From contig CAZHVX010000002.1 of NCBI GenBank assembly GCA_964536295.1, positions 1-42,669 of the forward strand: 42,669 bases of DNA, given 5' to 3'. This stretch comes from an uncultured Pseudomonadota bacterium. Lineage in GTDB: Bacteria > UBA10199 > CAZHVX01. Of the stretch, positions 1 to 9,774 are shown piece after piece; the first letter of the stretch is position 1, and every line of letters starts with the position of its first letter. The notes beneath the pieces were generated by a model. That model saw nothing but the letters and a program-made list of their open reading frames with translations, did not search any database and was not told the origin of the DNA. Made by a program: the position numbers and the translations under genes.

Positions 1-5
1 AACGG

Positions 6-332
6 TTATCCAAGCATTTTTCCAAGGTCGCCCATATCCATCCCCTGCATCATTCCACCCAATGATTCCTGGGCGGCGGCCTGCGCCTGATTAAAGGCAT
101 CACGGATGGCGGAGGTTATCATAGTCTCAAGCATCTTCACATCATTTTGTGCAACGAGGCTTGGATCTATTTTTATATCCTTAAATTCCATAGCGCCATT
201 GATGGTGGCAATAACCATTCCACCTCCGGCGCTACCTTCGAAACTTTGTTTCTTTAACGTTTTTTGTTTCTTCTTCATCTCAGACTGAACCTTGCGCGCC
301 TGATTCATCATCTTTAACATATCTAAACCCAC
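6..332 (-). CDS. ybaB: YbaB/EbfC family nucleoid-associated protein
   Basis: 108 aa; MMxQARKVQ...GSAGGGMV...IKIDP...D..MLE motifs; directly downstream of dnaX; GGAGG precedes the GTG start. Confidence 0.93.
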   Translation of the reverse strand: MGLDMLKMMNQARKVQSEMKKKQKTLKKQSFEGSAGGGMVIATINGAMEFKDIKIDPSLVAQNDVKMLETMITSAIRDAFNQAQAAAQESLGGMMQGMDMGDLGKMLG

Positions 333-339
333 TTTTCCT

Positions 340-450
340 CCATTAAAATCGTTAATCGGTTACGGTAACGCGACCCGTATCGGCTACGTTAACGGCTAAC
401 AACACGTCACCCAAAAACGTCACCAATACGGGCAGCGTCAACGAAAAACG
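340..450. repeat. Low-complexity ~6-nt periodic repeat tract (CGTYAA/CGGYTA-like units) in the dnaX-ybaB gap
   Basis: CG recurs about every 6 nt: cgttaa, cggtaa, cggcta, cgttaa, cgtcac, cgtcaa. Confidence 0.55.
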
Positions 451-2106
451 TCAAACATTTGTTTTTACATCCTTCACTTCTGCATTCAGGATATCCGCGG
501 CCTCTTTCACCAAATTGCTGGATATCGCCTCTTCAACAATCTCGCGACGCTTGGCCCTTTTTTCCTCTACGTTCTGTTTTTTAGAGGGAAGGCTCACCTG
601 CCCCGCTTGAACATCATCAAATATAATATCTAGTGAGAAGGTCCTGTTGAAAAATTCTTTCAACAACCCTTCAACGGCAGTTTTTCTTTCGGTTTCTGTT
701 AGCATATCACCGTAGATCGATCCATTTGCATAAGCAATCTTAACATCTTTATCCGTAAACCCAACAAAAGTTCCATTCTCCAAGATAGAAACCACCTGCG
801 GTCGTTTTGTTTTGAGCCAAGTTAAAAACTGCGGCCAGGTTTTTGATGCAAAATTGTCATGCAGGTTATCACCTGATGGCTTAGCCCTCTTTGATGCTGG
901 AACCTCCGCAATCTCAAATGCCGCAACTTTATTCTGAACCTCTACGGAAGCACCTGAATTAACAACACCGGCAGATAAACTTTCGAGTCTCTTGATCAAC
1001 GCATCAATTGGAACAACTGGCTTTACGTTAACCATTCTGATCAGCAAAACTTCCAACAACATCTTGGGAAACTTAGACCTGGCGATCTCTTCCGAGCCGC
1101 GATATAAAATCCTGAACAACTGTTCCAACTCCTCAACGGTTGTCTTTTGTGACAACTCTTGAAGACCCTTTATGTCGCTTTCCGGCAATTCCAGGATTCC
1201 ATTTGTATCTTTACATGTCTTGACAATCAAAAGATGTCTAATGTTTTCTAAAAGCTCGATGGCAAATCTTTGCAGATCGATTCCACATCCAAAAACCTCT
1301 TCAAGAAATCCCAACGCCTTCTTGGCGTCCTTCTGAAGAATGGCCTCCGTGACTTCATAAAGCGTTTTATGATCCATGAAGCCCAGCATATCCTTGATAA
1401 TATTATATTTTATATCGTTTCCGGTATAAGCAATTATCTGATCGAAGAGAGATTGCGCATCACGCATTGATCCTTCGGCCTCCTTTGCAATCAAGCTTAC
1501 GCTATCCTCATCAATCTTTACATTCTCAGATTTTGCCAAACTCTCTACAGCAATGCAAAGGTTGGCAAATGATATCCTTCTGAAATCGTAACGCTGGCAC
1601 CTTGATAAAATTGTTGGCGGAATTTTATGGGGCTCTGTCGTCGCAAAGACAAAAATCACATGCGCTGGGGGTTCCTCTAATGTCTTTAAAAGCGCATTAA
1701 AGGCGGAGTTGGAAAGCATATGGACTTCATCTATTACATAGATCTTATATTTCCCTTCACTTGGGAGATACTTTGCCTTTTCACGAATCTCACGGACATC
1801 ATCAACGCCGGTATTTGAGGCACCATCGATTTCCTGAACATCCATAAAATTTCCATTTGTAATAGAAACGCATGGGCTGCATTTATTGCAGGGCTCAAAC
1901 TTATTTGGCTTTTGACAATTCAACGCCTTCGCCAAAATCCTTGCCACAGTTGTCTTTCCAATTCCTCTGGCACCGGTAAAAAGATAGGCATGATGAAGTC
2001 TGCTCGCCTCGATTGCGTTCTTTAATGTTTGAGAGATATGTTCCTGCCCTACAACCTCGGCAAATGTTTGTGGACGATATTTTCGCGCTAGTACCTGATA
2101 ACTCAT
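451..2106 (-). CDS. dnaX: DNA polymerase III subunit gamma/tau
   Basis: MSYQVLARKYRPQTF start, Walker A GARGIGKTT, zinc Cys cluster, IDEVHML, SRC motif. Confidence 0.98.
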   Translation of the reverse strand: MSYQVLARKYRPQTFAEVVGQEHISQTLKNAIEASRLHHAYLFTGARGIGKTTVARILAKALNCQKPNKFEPCNKCSPCVSITNGNFMDVQEIDGASNTGVDDVREIREKAKYLPSEGKYKIYVIDEVHMLSNSAFNALLKTLEEPPAHVIFVFATTEPHKIPPTILSRCQRYDFRRISFANLCIAVESLAKSENVKIDEDSVSLIAKEAEGSMRDAQSLFDQIIAYTGNDIKYNIIKDMLGFMDHKTLYEVTEAILQKDAKKALGFLEEVFGCGIDLQRFAIELLENIRHLLIVKTCKDTNGILELPESDIKGLQELSQKTTVEELEQLFRILYRGSEEIARSKFPKMLLEVLLIRMVNVKPVVPIDALIKRLESLSAGVVNSGASVEVQNKVAAFEIAEVPASKRAKPSGDNLHDNFASKTWPQFLTWLKTKRPQVVSILENGTFVGFTDKDVKIAYANGSIYGDMLTETERKTAVEGLLKEFFNRTFSLDIIFDDVQAGQVSLPSKKQNVEEKRAKRREIVEEAISSNLVKEAADILNAEVKDVKTNV

Positions 2107-2111
2107 ATTAA

Positions 2112-2196
2112 TGGTTTGGTTGGTTTGGCTGGTTATGTTGGTTTGGTTCGTTGAACGAACAAAACGAACAAAACGAACAAAACAAAATTAACGGAT
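2112..2196. repeat. 9-nt periodic inverted repeat (GTTGGTTTG units facing AAAACGAAC units) in the dnaX leader
   Basis: ttggtttgg/ctggttatg/ttggtttgg/ttcgtt followed by aacgaac/aaaacgaac/aaaacgaac. Confidence 0.75.
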
Positions 2197-2324
2197 TAGC
2201 GAGTTACAACAAATTCTTATGAAAAATGCAACTGTAATGTTGAAGCATTTTACTGCGACAAACCCAAAGATTACGTGCAACCATAAATAATCATTAGTCT
2301 TTTCAAGGATATTGTGGTATTTTT

Positions 2325-2410
2325 TCACCGCAGAAACGCGGAGCTTTTTGGAAAACGCAAAAAATGCCCTAATTCTGCGTATTCATGAAACTTCAGCGTC
2401 TCTGTGGTGA
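2325..2410. repeat. 9-nt periodic palindromic element (ACCRCAGA...TCTGYGGT type) just upstream of ade
   Basis: TCACCGCAGAAACGC pairs imperfectly with GCGTCTCTGTGGTGA; the right arm contains the SD-like GGTGA of ade. Confidence 0.7.
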
Positions 2411-2416
2411 TAAAAT

Positions 2417-4144
2417 ATGAGCCTAGAAAAAAGAATATCGGCTGCACTTGGTGAAATTCCAGCTGATCTTGTTATCAAGAACGCCAATGTGATCTCCATT
2501 CCATCTGGCAGAATCTATAAAAATGATATCGCAATCTCTGATGGCGTTATCCTTGGGGTTGGCAAATACAAGGCAAAAAAGGTTATTGATGTTAAGGGAA
2601 TGTATGTCTCCTATGGCTTTTATGACGCACACATGCACATGGAATCAACGATGATCTCACCGGAGGAATTTGCCAAAACAGTCGTTCCAATGGGCACAAC
2701 CACGGTTATTGTCGATCCACATGAAATTGCAAATGTGGTGGGTCTAAGGGGTATCCAGTACATCCTAAACGCCACCGAGGGCCTCCCCTTGGATGTATAT
2801 GTAATGCTCCCATCATGCGTTCCCGCAACGCACATGGAGACATCAGGCGCATCTTTGAGCGCAAAGGATCTGGAACCACTATTTGATCATCCACGCGTCA
2901 TTGGCTTAGGCGAGATGATGAACTTTCCGGGTGTGATAAATCGCAAAAGAGAGATCCTACAGAAGATCAAAATGGCCATTTCTAAGGGCAAAATAGTAGA
3001 TGGTCATGCACCTGGCCTTACAAAAAAAATATTGAACGCATATCTGATGGCCAACATTCGTTCCGATCATGAATCGACTACAGCGAAAGAGGCACAGGCA
3101 AAGTTGGCCGCCGGTCTTCACATAATGGTTCGAGAAGGAACGTGTGAAAGAAATCTAAAAGATCTTTTACCCGTTGTTAACAAAACGAATGCGCACCGAT
3201 GCATGTTCTGTTCTGACGACCGCGCTCCACGTGAGCTTTTAGAACAGGGGCATATGAATTATATCGTCAAAAAAGCCATCAGATATAGGATGGACCCTGT
3301 CCTTGCAATACAGATGGCTACTGCAAATCCTGCCGATTACTTCAGATTATCTGAAAAACAGGGCGCAATTGCGGTTGGTCACAGGGCAGATTTGGTTGTC
3401 ATTGATAATTTCAAAAAATTCAATATCAAGATGGTCTTTAAACGCGGAAAGCTAGTTGCCAAAGATGGAAAGATGATCATTCCGGTTAAATCAAAGAAAC
3501 ATCCCCGCGTTCCCCATTCGATGAATGTCAAAAAAATTCATCAACACGCTTTTTCTGTTCCGGCATTTGGAAAAAAGATCCGCGTAATTGAATTAGTGAA
3601 AGATCAAATCATTACAAATGAACTGATCGTCAAACCAAAGATTGAAGATGGATATATTAAGTCGGATATCAAACGAGATATAATAAAAATTGCCGTGATT
3701 GAAAGACACAAGGCCACTGGAAATATCTGCGTTGGCTTTGTTAAGGGGTTTGGGCTCCAGCGTGGCGCTATTGCATCAACAATTGCCCATGATTCTCACA
3801 ATATAATAGTCGTAGGCGTAAAAAAGAAGGATATGATGGTTGCGGTACACGCCCTAATCAGTGCTAATGGTGGAATTGTTGTTGTTGATAATCAAAAGGT
3901 TGTAGAACTTTTACCACTTCCCATCGCCGGACTTATGTCACCCTGCCCAATTAAAAATATTGCTAAAGAAAAAGAGAAATTAATCATTGCAGCAGAAAAA
4001 CTGGGTTCCAAAATTCATGATCCATTCCAAAGTATGTCATTTTTATCCCTCCCCGTTATCCCAAAGCTTAAAATAACCGATATGGGGTTGGTAGATGTCG
4101 ACAAGTTCGGCTTTGTAGACCTGATTCTGGAACCAATTTTTTAG
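2417..4144 (+). CDS. ade: Adenine deaminase (amidohydrolase family)
   Basis: DAHMHMES, DPHEIANV, GEMMNFPGV, DGHAP, SDHE, SDD and AHDSHN motifs; 575 aa. Confidence 0.95.
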   Translation: MSLEKRISAALGEIPADLVIKNANVISIPSGRIYKNDIAISDGVILGVGKYKAKKVIDVKGMYVSYGFYDAHMHMESTMISPEEFAKTVVPMGTTTVIVDPHEIANVVGLRGIQYILNATEGLPLDVYVMLPSCVPATHMETSGASLSAKDLEPLFDHPRVIGLGEMMNFPGVINRKREILQKIKMAISKGKIVDGHAPGLTKKILNAYLMANIRSDHESTTAKEAQAKLAAGLHIMVREGTCERNLKDLLPVVNKTNAHRCMFCSDDRAPRELLEQGHMNYIVKKAIRYRMDPVLAIQMATANPADYFRLSEKQGAIAVGHRADLVVIDNFKKFNIKMVFKRGKLVAKDGKMIIPVKSKKHPRVPHSMNVKKIHQHAFSVPAFGKKIRVIELVKDQIITNELIVKPKIEDGYIKSDIKRDIIKIAVIERHKATGNICVGFVKGFGLQRGAIASTIAHDSHNIIVVGVKKKDMMVAVHALISANGGIVVVDNQKVVELLPLPIAGLMSPCPIKNIAKEKEKLIIAAEKLGSKIHDPFQSMSFLSLPVIPKLKITDMGLVDVDKFGFVDLILEPIF

Positions 4145-4245
4145 GGTTAGATTTGCTTGCTTAATAAAGACCCCCTTGGTATAGACTCTAGATCATATAA
4201 GCTAGTTGTGACGAGAGGGTTATACTTTAGTTGATGCCACCCCCA

Positions 4246-4274
4246 CCTAACCTCCCCCTTAAGGGGGAGGTAGG
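4246..4274. repeat. C/G-tract hairpin CCTAACCTCCCCCT-TA-AGGGGGAGGTAGG (REP-like)
   Basis: Near-perfect inverted repeat in the tnaA leader. Confidence 0.65.
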
Positions 4275-4305
4275 CCAAGGAATTTTGTTTATTATAGGAG
4301 AACCT

Positions 4306-5679
4306 ATGACGCGCCCATATATCCCTTACAAAATCAAAACCATCGAACCTATAACACTTTTATCCCGCAAAGAAAGAGAAAAGAAGATCACAATCGTTGG
4401 CAATAACGTTTTTAAATTAAGAAGTGAACACATCTATATTGATCTTCTCACCGATTCAGGTACCGGAGCAATGAGCGCGGAACAATTGTCCCGCGCAATA
4501 GTTGGGGATGAATCCTATGCCGGTTCAAGGTCCTATTTCAGATTAGAAAAGGTGATTCAGGATATAATAGGGCTGCCATTTGTCATGCCCGTTCATCAGG
4601 GCAGGGCCGCAGAACAGGTTTTGAATTTTCTGTTAATCAATAAGGGAGATGCCGTGCCCGGCAACTCTCACTTTGATACAACAAAGGCACATATTGAAAT
4701 CCGAGGGGGACGTGCAATTGACTGCACCATCGATGAAGGAAGAGAGTCCGGCCTTGAGCATCCATTCAAGGGGAATCTTGACATCAAAAAACTGCAAAGT
4801 GCATTCGAAAAATATGGAAAGGAAAAAATTCCATATGTTCTGATCACAATCACATGCAATTCTGGGGGTGGGCAACCTGTTTCGATGAAAAACATTAAAG
4901 AGGTAAGTTCATTTTGCAAAAAAAATAATTTAAGATTATTCTTTGACGCCGCACGCTTTGCGGAAAATGCATATTTCATTCAGCAACGTGAAGATGTATA
5001 CAAAAATAAACTCGTCAAAGAAATCGTTAAAGAAATGTTTTCATACGTTGACGGATGTACCATGAGCGCCAAGAAAGACGGGCTTGTTCCAATCGGCGGT
5101 TTTTTGGCATTTAGAGATCAAAAGCTTTATGACCAGCTCCAACCATACGAAATTCTATTCGAAGGCTATTCAACATACGGTGGAATGAGTGGAATGGATA
5201 TGGAGGCTATGGCACAGGGATTAACCGAGGTCATAGAAGATGATTATCTTGCATACCGGATAGGACAAACACAATATTTAGGGGATCGGCTTGCAAAAAA
5301 AGAAGTTTCTATTGTAAAACCCGTAGGGGGGCATGCTGTTTTTATCGATGGCCGCAAATTCTTCCCCAACGTACCCGAAGACCAGTTTCCAGCCCAACTA
5401 CTTGTAATAGAACTATACAAAGAAGGTGGAATCCGCGCGGTCGAGATTGGTTCGTGCCTTGCCGGACGCGACCCGGATACGGGGGACAATATAAGGCCAT
5501 CCATGGACCTGTGCCGCCTTTCAATTCCAAGACGTGTGTATACAAAAGAGCATCTTGACTATGTTGCTGATGTAGTTGAAACCGTTCATCAAAATCATAA
5601 AAACAGAAAGACAGGCTTAACCTTTGACAAAGAGGGATGTGGGATAAGACACTTCACCTCCACATTTAAATATCTATAG
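4306..5679 (+). CDS. tnaA: Tryptophanase (beta-eliminating lyase, PLP-dependent)
   Basis: IDLLTDSGT, GDESYAGS, HQGRAAE and PLP lysine MSAKKD; HFDTT and RHFT favour tryptophanase over tyrosine phenol-lyase; start moved to ATG 4306 after AGGAG. Confidence 0.85.
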   Translation: MTRPYIPYKIKTIEPITLLSRKEREKKITIVGNNVFKLRSEHIYIDLLTDSGTGAMSAEQLSRAIVGDESYAGSRSYFRLEKVIQDIIGLPFVMPVHQGRAAEQVLNFLLINKGDAVPGNSHFDTTKAHIEIRGGRAIDCTIDEGRESGLEHPFKGNLDIKKLQSAFEKYGKEKIPYVLITITCNSGGGQPVSMKNIKEVSSFCKKNNLRLFFDAARFAENAYFIQQREDVYKNKLVKEIVKEMFSYVDGCTMSAKKDGLVPIGGFLAFRDQKLYDQLQPYEILFEGYSTYGGMSGMDMEAMAQGLTEVIEDDYLAYRIGQTQYLGDRLAKKEVSIVKPVGGHAVFIDGRKFFPNVPEDQFPAQLLVIELYKEGGIRAVEIGSCLAGRDPDTGDNIRPSMDLCRLSIPRRVYTKEHLDYVADVVETVHQNHKNRKTGLTFDKEGCGIRHFTSTFKYL

Positions 5680-5689
5680 GGGAGGATTT

Positions 5690-5899
5690 ATGAACCAAAT
5701 AAATTTTACCTGTTCAAAGTGCAAAAACACACAATATGAGACTGGCGAGATTAGGACAACTGGTGGGTTTTTATCAAAGATATTTGATGTCCAAAACAAA
5801 CGTTTCACAACGGTGATCTGCTCAAGGTGCAGATACACAGAGTTATATCAGGCAGATTCCAGTCTTTTGGGAAATATCTTCGATTTCTTTACAAATTAA
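5690..5899 (+). CDS. Small zinc-ribbon protein
   Basis: CSKC...SKIFDVQNKRF...CSRCRYTELY...FDFF pattern; GGAGG RBS. Confidence 0.85.
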   Translation: MNQINFTCSKCKNTQYETGEIRTTGGFLSKIFDVQNKRFTTVICSRCRYTELYQADSSLLGNIFDFFTN

Positions 5900-6471
5900 A
5901 AGGAATTGTAGTGCAAAATGTCCTTAAGCTTCCGCTTAGGAACGTGGAAAGTACCATCCTTATCGCGTCTGTAACCAATATTACCAACAACCGCATCTTC
6001 AATGATCGCTTTGTGCGCCGGGTACCCCAACGCAATCAACAATGACAAATCATATCTATCTGGAATTTTAAGTAATGACTTAACAAAAGTCTTATCAAAG
6101 GCGCCAATAAGACAACTGCCTATTTTATCTTCCCACGCCGCCAGAGAAATATTTTCTGATGCACAAGCTACGTCATAATCTGCCCATGCATCTTTTTGAA
6201 TCTCTTTATTCACCAAAACGGCAACATAGGCCGCAGGACGGGACTCCAAACTCGGTTTCCAATCCAGATGAGTAGCCAAACTTGTTTTAGGAAAAATCTC
6301 CGACAAAACACCATCATCATCAACAACGATAAACTCAAGTGGTTGACGATTTGCGGCCTGGGGCGCAAGCCTTCCCGCGTTGATATATTTTTCTATATAT
6401 TCCTTTGGAATTGTCTTACGCTTGAACTCCCGAATAGTTCGCCTTGAAATAATCAAATCATAAAGTGACAT
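5896..6471 (-). CDS. Nitroreductase family protein
   Basis: SRRTIREF, APQAANRQP, GSCLIG and ALGYP motifs; AGGAGG RBS. Confidence 0.92.
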   Translation of the reverse strand: MSLYDLIISRRTIREFKRKTIPKEYIEKYINAGRLAPQAANRQPLEFIVVDDDGVLSEIFPKTSLATHLDWKPSLESRPAAYVAVLVNKEIQKDAWADYDVACASENISLAAWEDKIGSCLIGAFDKTFVKSLLKIPDRYDLSLLIALGYPAHKAIIEDAVVGNIGYRRDKDGTFHVPKRKLKDILHYNSF

Positions 6472-6521
6472 TTACCCCTCCTGACATCAAGCTATCACTG
6501 GGAGGGATAAATGTAAAATGT

Positions 6522-8162
6522 TTATCCTAAGATGGCTTTCAAATCCTCATCTGGCGTGGATATCGGCATTATGTTGAATTTTTCCACCAGTATATCCAAA
6601 ATATCCTTGGTTATAAACGCTGGAAGCGTGGGTCCAAGGCGAATGTTTTTGATTCCCAAATGTAACAGGGTCAAAAGAATACATACCGCTTTTTGTTCAT
6701 ACCAGGATAATATTAGAGATAACGGCAGGTCATTAACGCCACAATCAAATGCCTTTGAAAGTGCAACGGCAATCTGTATTGCAGAATATGCATCATTACA
6801 TTGGCCTATATCTAGAAGTCTTGGAATTCCACCAATATCACCAAAATCTTTTTTATTAAAGCGATACTTACCACAGGCGAGCGTTAAAATCACACTGTCT
6901 TGTGGTACCTTTTCTGCAAACTCTGTGTAATAGTTACGCCCCGACTTTGCACCATCGCATCCGCCAATTAAGAAGAAATGTTTTATCTTTCCGGCTTTAA
7001 CAGCATCGATAATCTGAGGGGCAACGGATAGAACTGCATTATGACCAAAACCAACGGTAATATATTTTTCTTCGCCATCATTATCAAACCCCTTTGATTT
7101 TTGTGCTTCTTCAATCACTGGTGAAAAATCCCGATTTCTGATATGCTCGACGCCCGGCCATTCAACGAGCCCTGATGTGAAAATTCTCTTTTTATAATCA
7201 TCCTTCGGCTTCTGGATACAATTTGTCGTCATCAATATTGCGCCTGGAAATTCATTAAACTCTTTTTGTTGATCCTGCCATGCACCACCATAGTTGCCAA
7301 CAAGATGGCCGTACTTTTTTAATCCAGGATATCCATGACAAGGTAACATTTCACCATGCGTATAGACGTTAATATTTTTCCCCTGAGTTTGTTTTAAAAG
7401 TTCTTCTAAATCTTTAAGTTCATGGCCAGATACCAATATTGCCTTGCCCTTTTTCTGGGTTATCCTTACCTTTGTCGGCGTTGGATCTCCATACGTTGAT
7501 GTATTCGCACTATCAAGGAGTCCCATGACCTTTAGATTAACTTCTCCGCACCTTAAAATCATACCCAGGATTTCATCAGCACCCACATCATCATTTGTTA
7601 AAAAATTAAGCGCTTCGTGAAAGTAGGCATATACCTCACCATCTTCTTTACCTAAGATGTAGGCGTGGTCCGCATAGGCCGCGGTTCCCTTTAATCCATA
7701 CATCAACAGTTCCTGCAGCCCGGCAAATGTATCTCCTTTTTGGCTCTTTCTCTCTGCCACTCCGATTGTTTTAGCCTTTTCCTGAAGCTCATCAATTGTC
7801 CCAGAAAAATCAAAGAGCGCTGGACCATGCAATTCTTCAGTAGAGTTTAGACCCGCCTCTTCATAAAGTTTTTTTGCCATCTCCCTAGCTTCAACTGCCT
7901 TGTTGATCATTTTGTAGATCTTCTCGGCATCAAAGTTCACATTTGTAACAGTTGTAAAAAGAGCCTCTATTACAAATCTATCAACCTTTTGATTAACCTT
8001 TCCGGCAAGCCTTGCCCTATGTGCATACATCGAAATCCCCTTAGCCGCGTACAAAAGCATATCCTGCATTGCGGCGGTTTTAGGATCTTTGCCGCACACC
8101 CCATGCTTCGTACAACCACTGCACCCTGCTGTCTGTTCGCATTGATAACAAAACATCTCCAT
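6522..8162 (-). CDS. hcp: Hybrid cluster protein (hydroxylamine/NO reductase)
   Basis: MFCYQCEQT..C...GVCGK, YTHGEMLP, GGCDG, GQCNDAYSA, SWYEQKA; start moved to ATG 8162 after GGAGG. Confidence 0.97.
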   Translation of the reverse strand: MEMFCYQCEQTAGCSGCTKHGVCGKDPKTAAMQDMLLYAAKGISMYAHRARLAGKVNQKVDRFVIEALFTTVTNVNFDAEKIYKMINKAVEAREMAKKLYEEAGLNSTEELHGPALFDFSGTIDELQEKAKTIGVAERKSQKGDTFAGLQELLMYGLKGTAAYADHAYILGKEDGEVYAYFHEALNFLTNDDVGADEILGMILRCGEVNLKVMGLLDSANTSTYGDPTPTKVRITQKKGKAILVSGHELKDLEELLKQTQGKNINVYTHGEMLPCHGYPGLKKYGHLVGNYGGAWQDQQKEFNEFPGAILMTTNCIQKPKDDYKKRIFTSGLVEWPGVEHIRNRDFSPVIEEAQKSKGFDNDGEEKYITVGFGHNAVLSVAPQIIDAVKAGKIKHFFLIGGCDGAKSGRNYYTEFAEKVPQDSVILTLACGKYRFNKKDFGDIGGIPRLLDIGQCNDAYSAIQIAVALSKAFDCGVNDLPLSLILSWYEQKAVCILLTLLHLGIKNIRLGPTLPAFITKDILDILVEKFNIMPISTPDEDLKAILG

Positions 8163-8186
8163 TTTTCCTCCTCGTATTATGAGTTT

Positions 8187-8330
8187 TACTGAGATCACAG
8201 AGATTTTAAACACTGAGTATTTCTGAGGTCGCTGATATCTCTGAGGTTTTTTATATTTCAGAATTTAAAAAACTCAGGGACCTCAGCGTTCTCATTGTTC
8301 TCAGCGTTTAAAACCTCTGTGGCCTCATTG
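8187..8330. repeat. ~145-bp 9-nt periodic palindromic element (CTGAG/CTCAG units); homolog at 24769-24910
   Basis: Left arm xxxxCTGAG units, right arm CTCAG units; the reverse complement aligns with the 24769-24910 element. Confidence 0.8.
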
Positions 8331-8336
8331 CAATTC

Positions 8337-9044
8337 TCACAGTTGTTTTTTACCCTCTAAAGTGATTATTGTTTTAAAAAGCCTAGAGTTACTATCATTT
8401 ACCGCATCTTCAGCAATAGCCCCAAGACCGGTGCAACACGGCACTTCCATCATAACTACTTCTAAGGATCTAAAATTATTTATATCAACCATTTCTTTTA
8501 GTTTGTTTCTATAATACTCCAAATCATCTAGCTTTGGACACCCCATAAGAACCACCCTATTTTTAATAAAGTCCCGATGTAGGTTTGAGTAGGCAACCGC
8601 GGTGCAATCCGCAAGCAAGACAACATCTGCATTTTTTAGATACGGCGCATCAGGCGAAACAAGCCTTAACTGAATTGGCCAATTATTTAACTCCGAAGGT
8701 TGTTCTAAAACATTTGCATTTATCGATTCTTTTTTGAGGGTTTTCGTCATTGTACCTGGACAACCACACGCCAACGTCTTCGGTGCTTTACTCTTTGATT
8801 CTTTAAGATGTTCTTTTACGGCCTCTTCATCAAATTGCGATGTCTCTCTTTCCTCTATTTTAATAGCATCCTGTGGACAATGACCAAGACATGCACCCAG
8901 TCCATCGCAATAGATATCGCTGACAAGCTTTGCCTTTCCATTTACAATTTGAAGTGCACCCTCTTTGCAATTTGGAATACACAAACCACATCCATTGCAT
9001 TTTTCCTCGTCAATTTTTACGATATTTCTTTTAACCTTCGACAT
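8337..9044 (-). CDS. hcp-associated 4Fe-4S dicluster protein
   Basis: CNGCGLCIPNC and CDGLGACLGHCP; CGCPG, NWPIQL, ADC, GCPKLD, MEVPCC. Confidence 0.9.
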   Translation of the reverse strand: MSKVKRNIVKIDEEKCNGCGLCIPNCKEGALQIVNGKAKLVSDIYCDGLGACLGHCPQDAIKIEERETSQFDEEAVKEHLKESKSKAPKTLACGCPGTMTKTLKKESINANVLEQPSELNNWPIQLRLVSPDAPYLKNADVVLLADCTAVAYSNLHRDFIKNRVVLMGCPKLDDLEYYRNKLKEMVDINNFRSLEVVMMEVPCCTGLGAIAEDAVNDSNSRLFKTIITLEGKKQL

Positions 9045-9066
9045 GTTACCTCCTGTATCTATGTAA

Positions 9067-9111
9067 AAGGTAACACATGGAACATGATTCGCAATTGACT
9101 TAGGTCAATTG
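9067..9111 (-). promoter_or_regulatory. Crp/Fnr (HcpR-type) box CAATTGAC-TTAG-GTCAATTG (9092-9111) with extended -10 TGtTACCTT (9075-9067)
   Basis: Perfect 8-bp arms; centre about 41.5 nt upstream of the predicted TSS; overlaps the regulator's stop codon. Confidence 0.75.
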
Positions 9112-9774
9112 TGAGGCAATGCCTTCTAACTTGTTGATATTTTTAACAATTATTTGGTTCTTTTTTAGATCAATAAGATTTTCTTTTTGAAATTTTTTCA
9201 GATTTCTTGAAAGTGTTTCCTTAATCGTTCCCAACTCCGATGCCAATTCCTGTTTCTGCATCCCAATATCAAAACTTGTCTGGCCTGTTTCGTTATAACG
9301 ATTCACAATAAATGACGCTAAACGGGAGGCAACTGAACCAAGTGATAATTTTCCAACCAAAGAGTTTAGATGTTGTAGTAGTTTTGACATTGCCCCAATC
9401 ATTTTTAATGAAACATCTGGATGCCCCTTAATAAATTTAATGAAATCTTTTTTATCAAAACAGATTAACTTTGACTGCATCTTTGCAATGGCCATTGCTG
9501 GATATCTGCCTCCGGAGAAAACAACAATCTCAGCAAACATTTCATTGTTTTTAACAGTTCTGATTAATTGTTCTTTTCCATCTGGTGTTGACTTGATCAA
9601 GTCAACCCTTCCATCGATGAGGATGTAAAATCTATCAGCTGGATCATCTTCAATAAAGACAACGCTTTTAGGGGCATATTCCTTAACTTTTGTTATTTTT
9701 GCTATTTCACTGATAGATTCGTCGCTCAAATCTAGAAACAAAAAACATTTTTTTAGGATATCTTCTATATTCAT
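9100..9774 (-). CDS. Crp/Fnr family transcriptional regulator (HcpR-like)
   Basis: cNMP-type domain (DGKEQLIR, FAE) plus HTH ELASELGTIKETLSR; lies upstream of hcp. Confidence 0.92.
   Translation of the reverse strand: MNIEDILKKCFLFLDLSDESISEIAKITKVKEYAPKSVVFIEDDPADRFYILIDGRVDLIKSTPDGKEQLIRTVKNNEMFAEIVVFSGGRYPAMAIAKMQSKLICFDKKDFIKFIKGHPDVSLKMIGAMSKLLQHLNSLVGKLSLGSVASRLASFIVNRYNETGQTSFDIGMQKQELASELGTIKETLSRNLKKFQKENLIDLKKNQIIVKNINKLEGIASQLT

Noticed and set aside
451-2106. Programmed frameshift in dnaX (gamma/tau)
   Set aside because: No in-frame A-AAA-AAG or long A run recognised at the expected position
2107-2416. SRP RNA or an att direct repeat of the tRNA-Ser 3' end upstream of dnaX
   Set aside because: Neither the SRP GGAA/AGCAG core nor a copy of CCTGCCTCTCCG was found by eye
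4145-4305. tnaC-like leader peptide or T-box upstream of tryptophanase
   Set aside because: No short Trp-containing ORF or T-box motif recognised; the 4231 ORF extension is just the C/G hairpin
8187-8330. CRISPR array interpretation of the periodic repeats (also 12042, 24769)
   Set aside because: Units are 6-9 nt, degenerate and inverted; there are no 25-40-nt repeats with unique spacers and no cas genes
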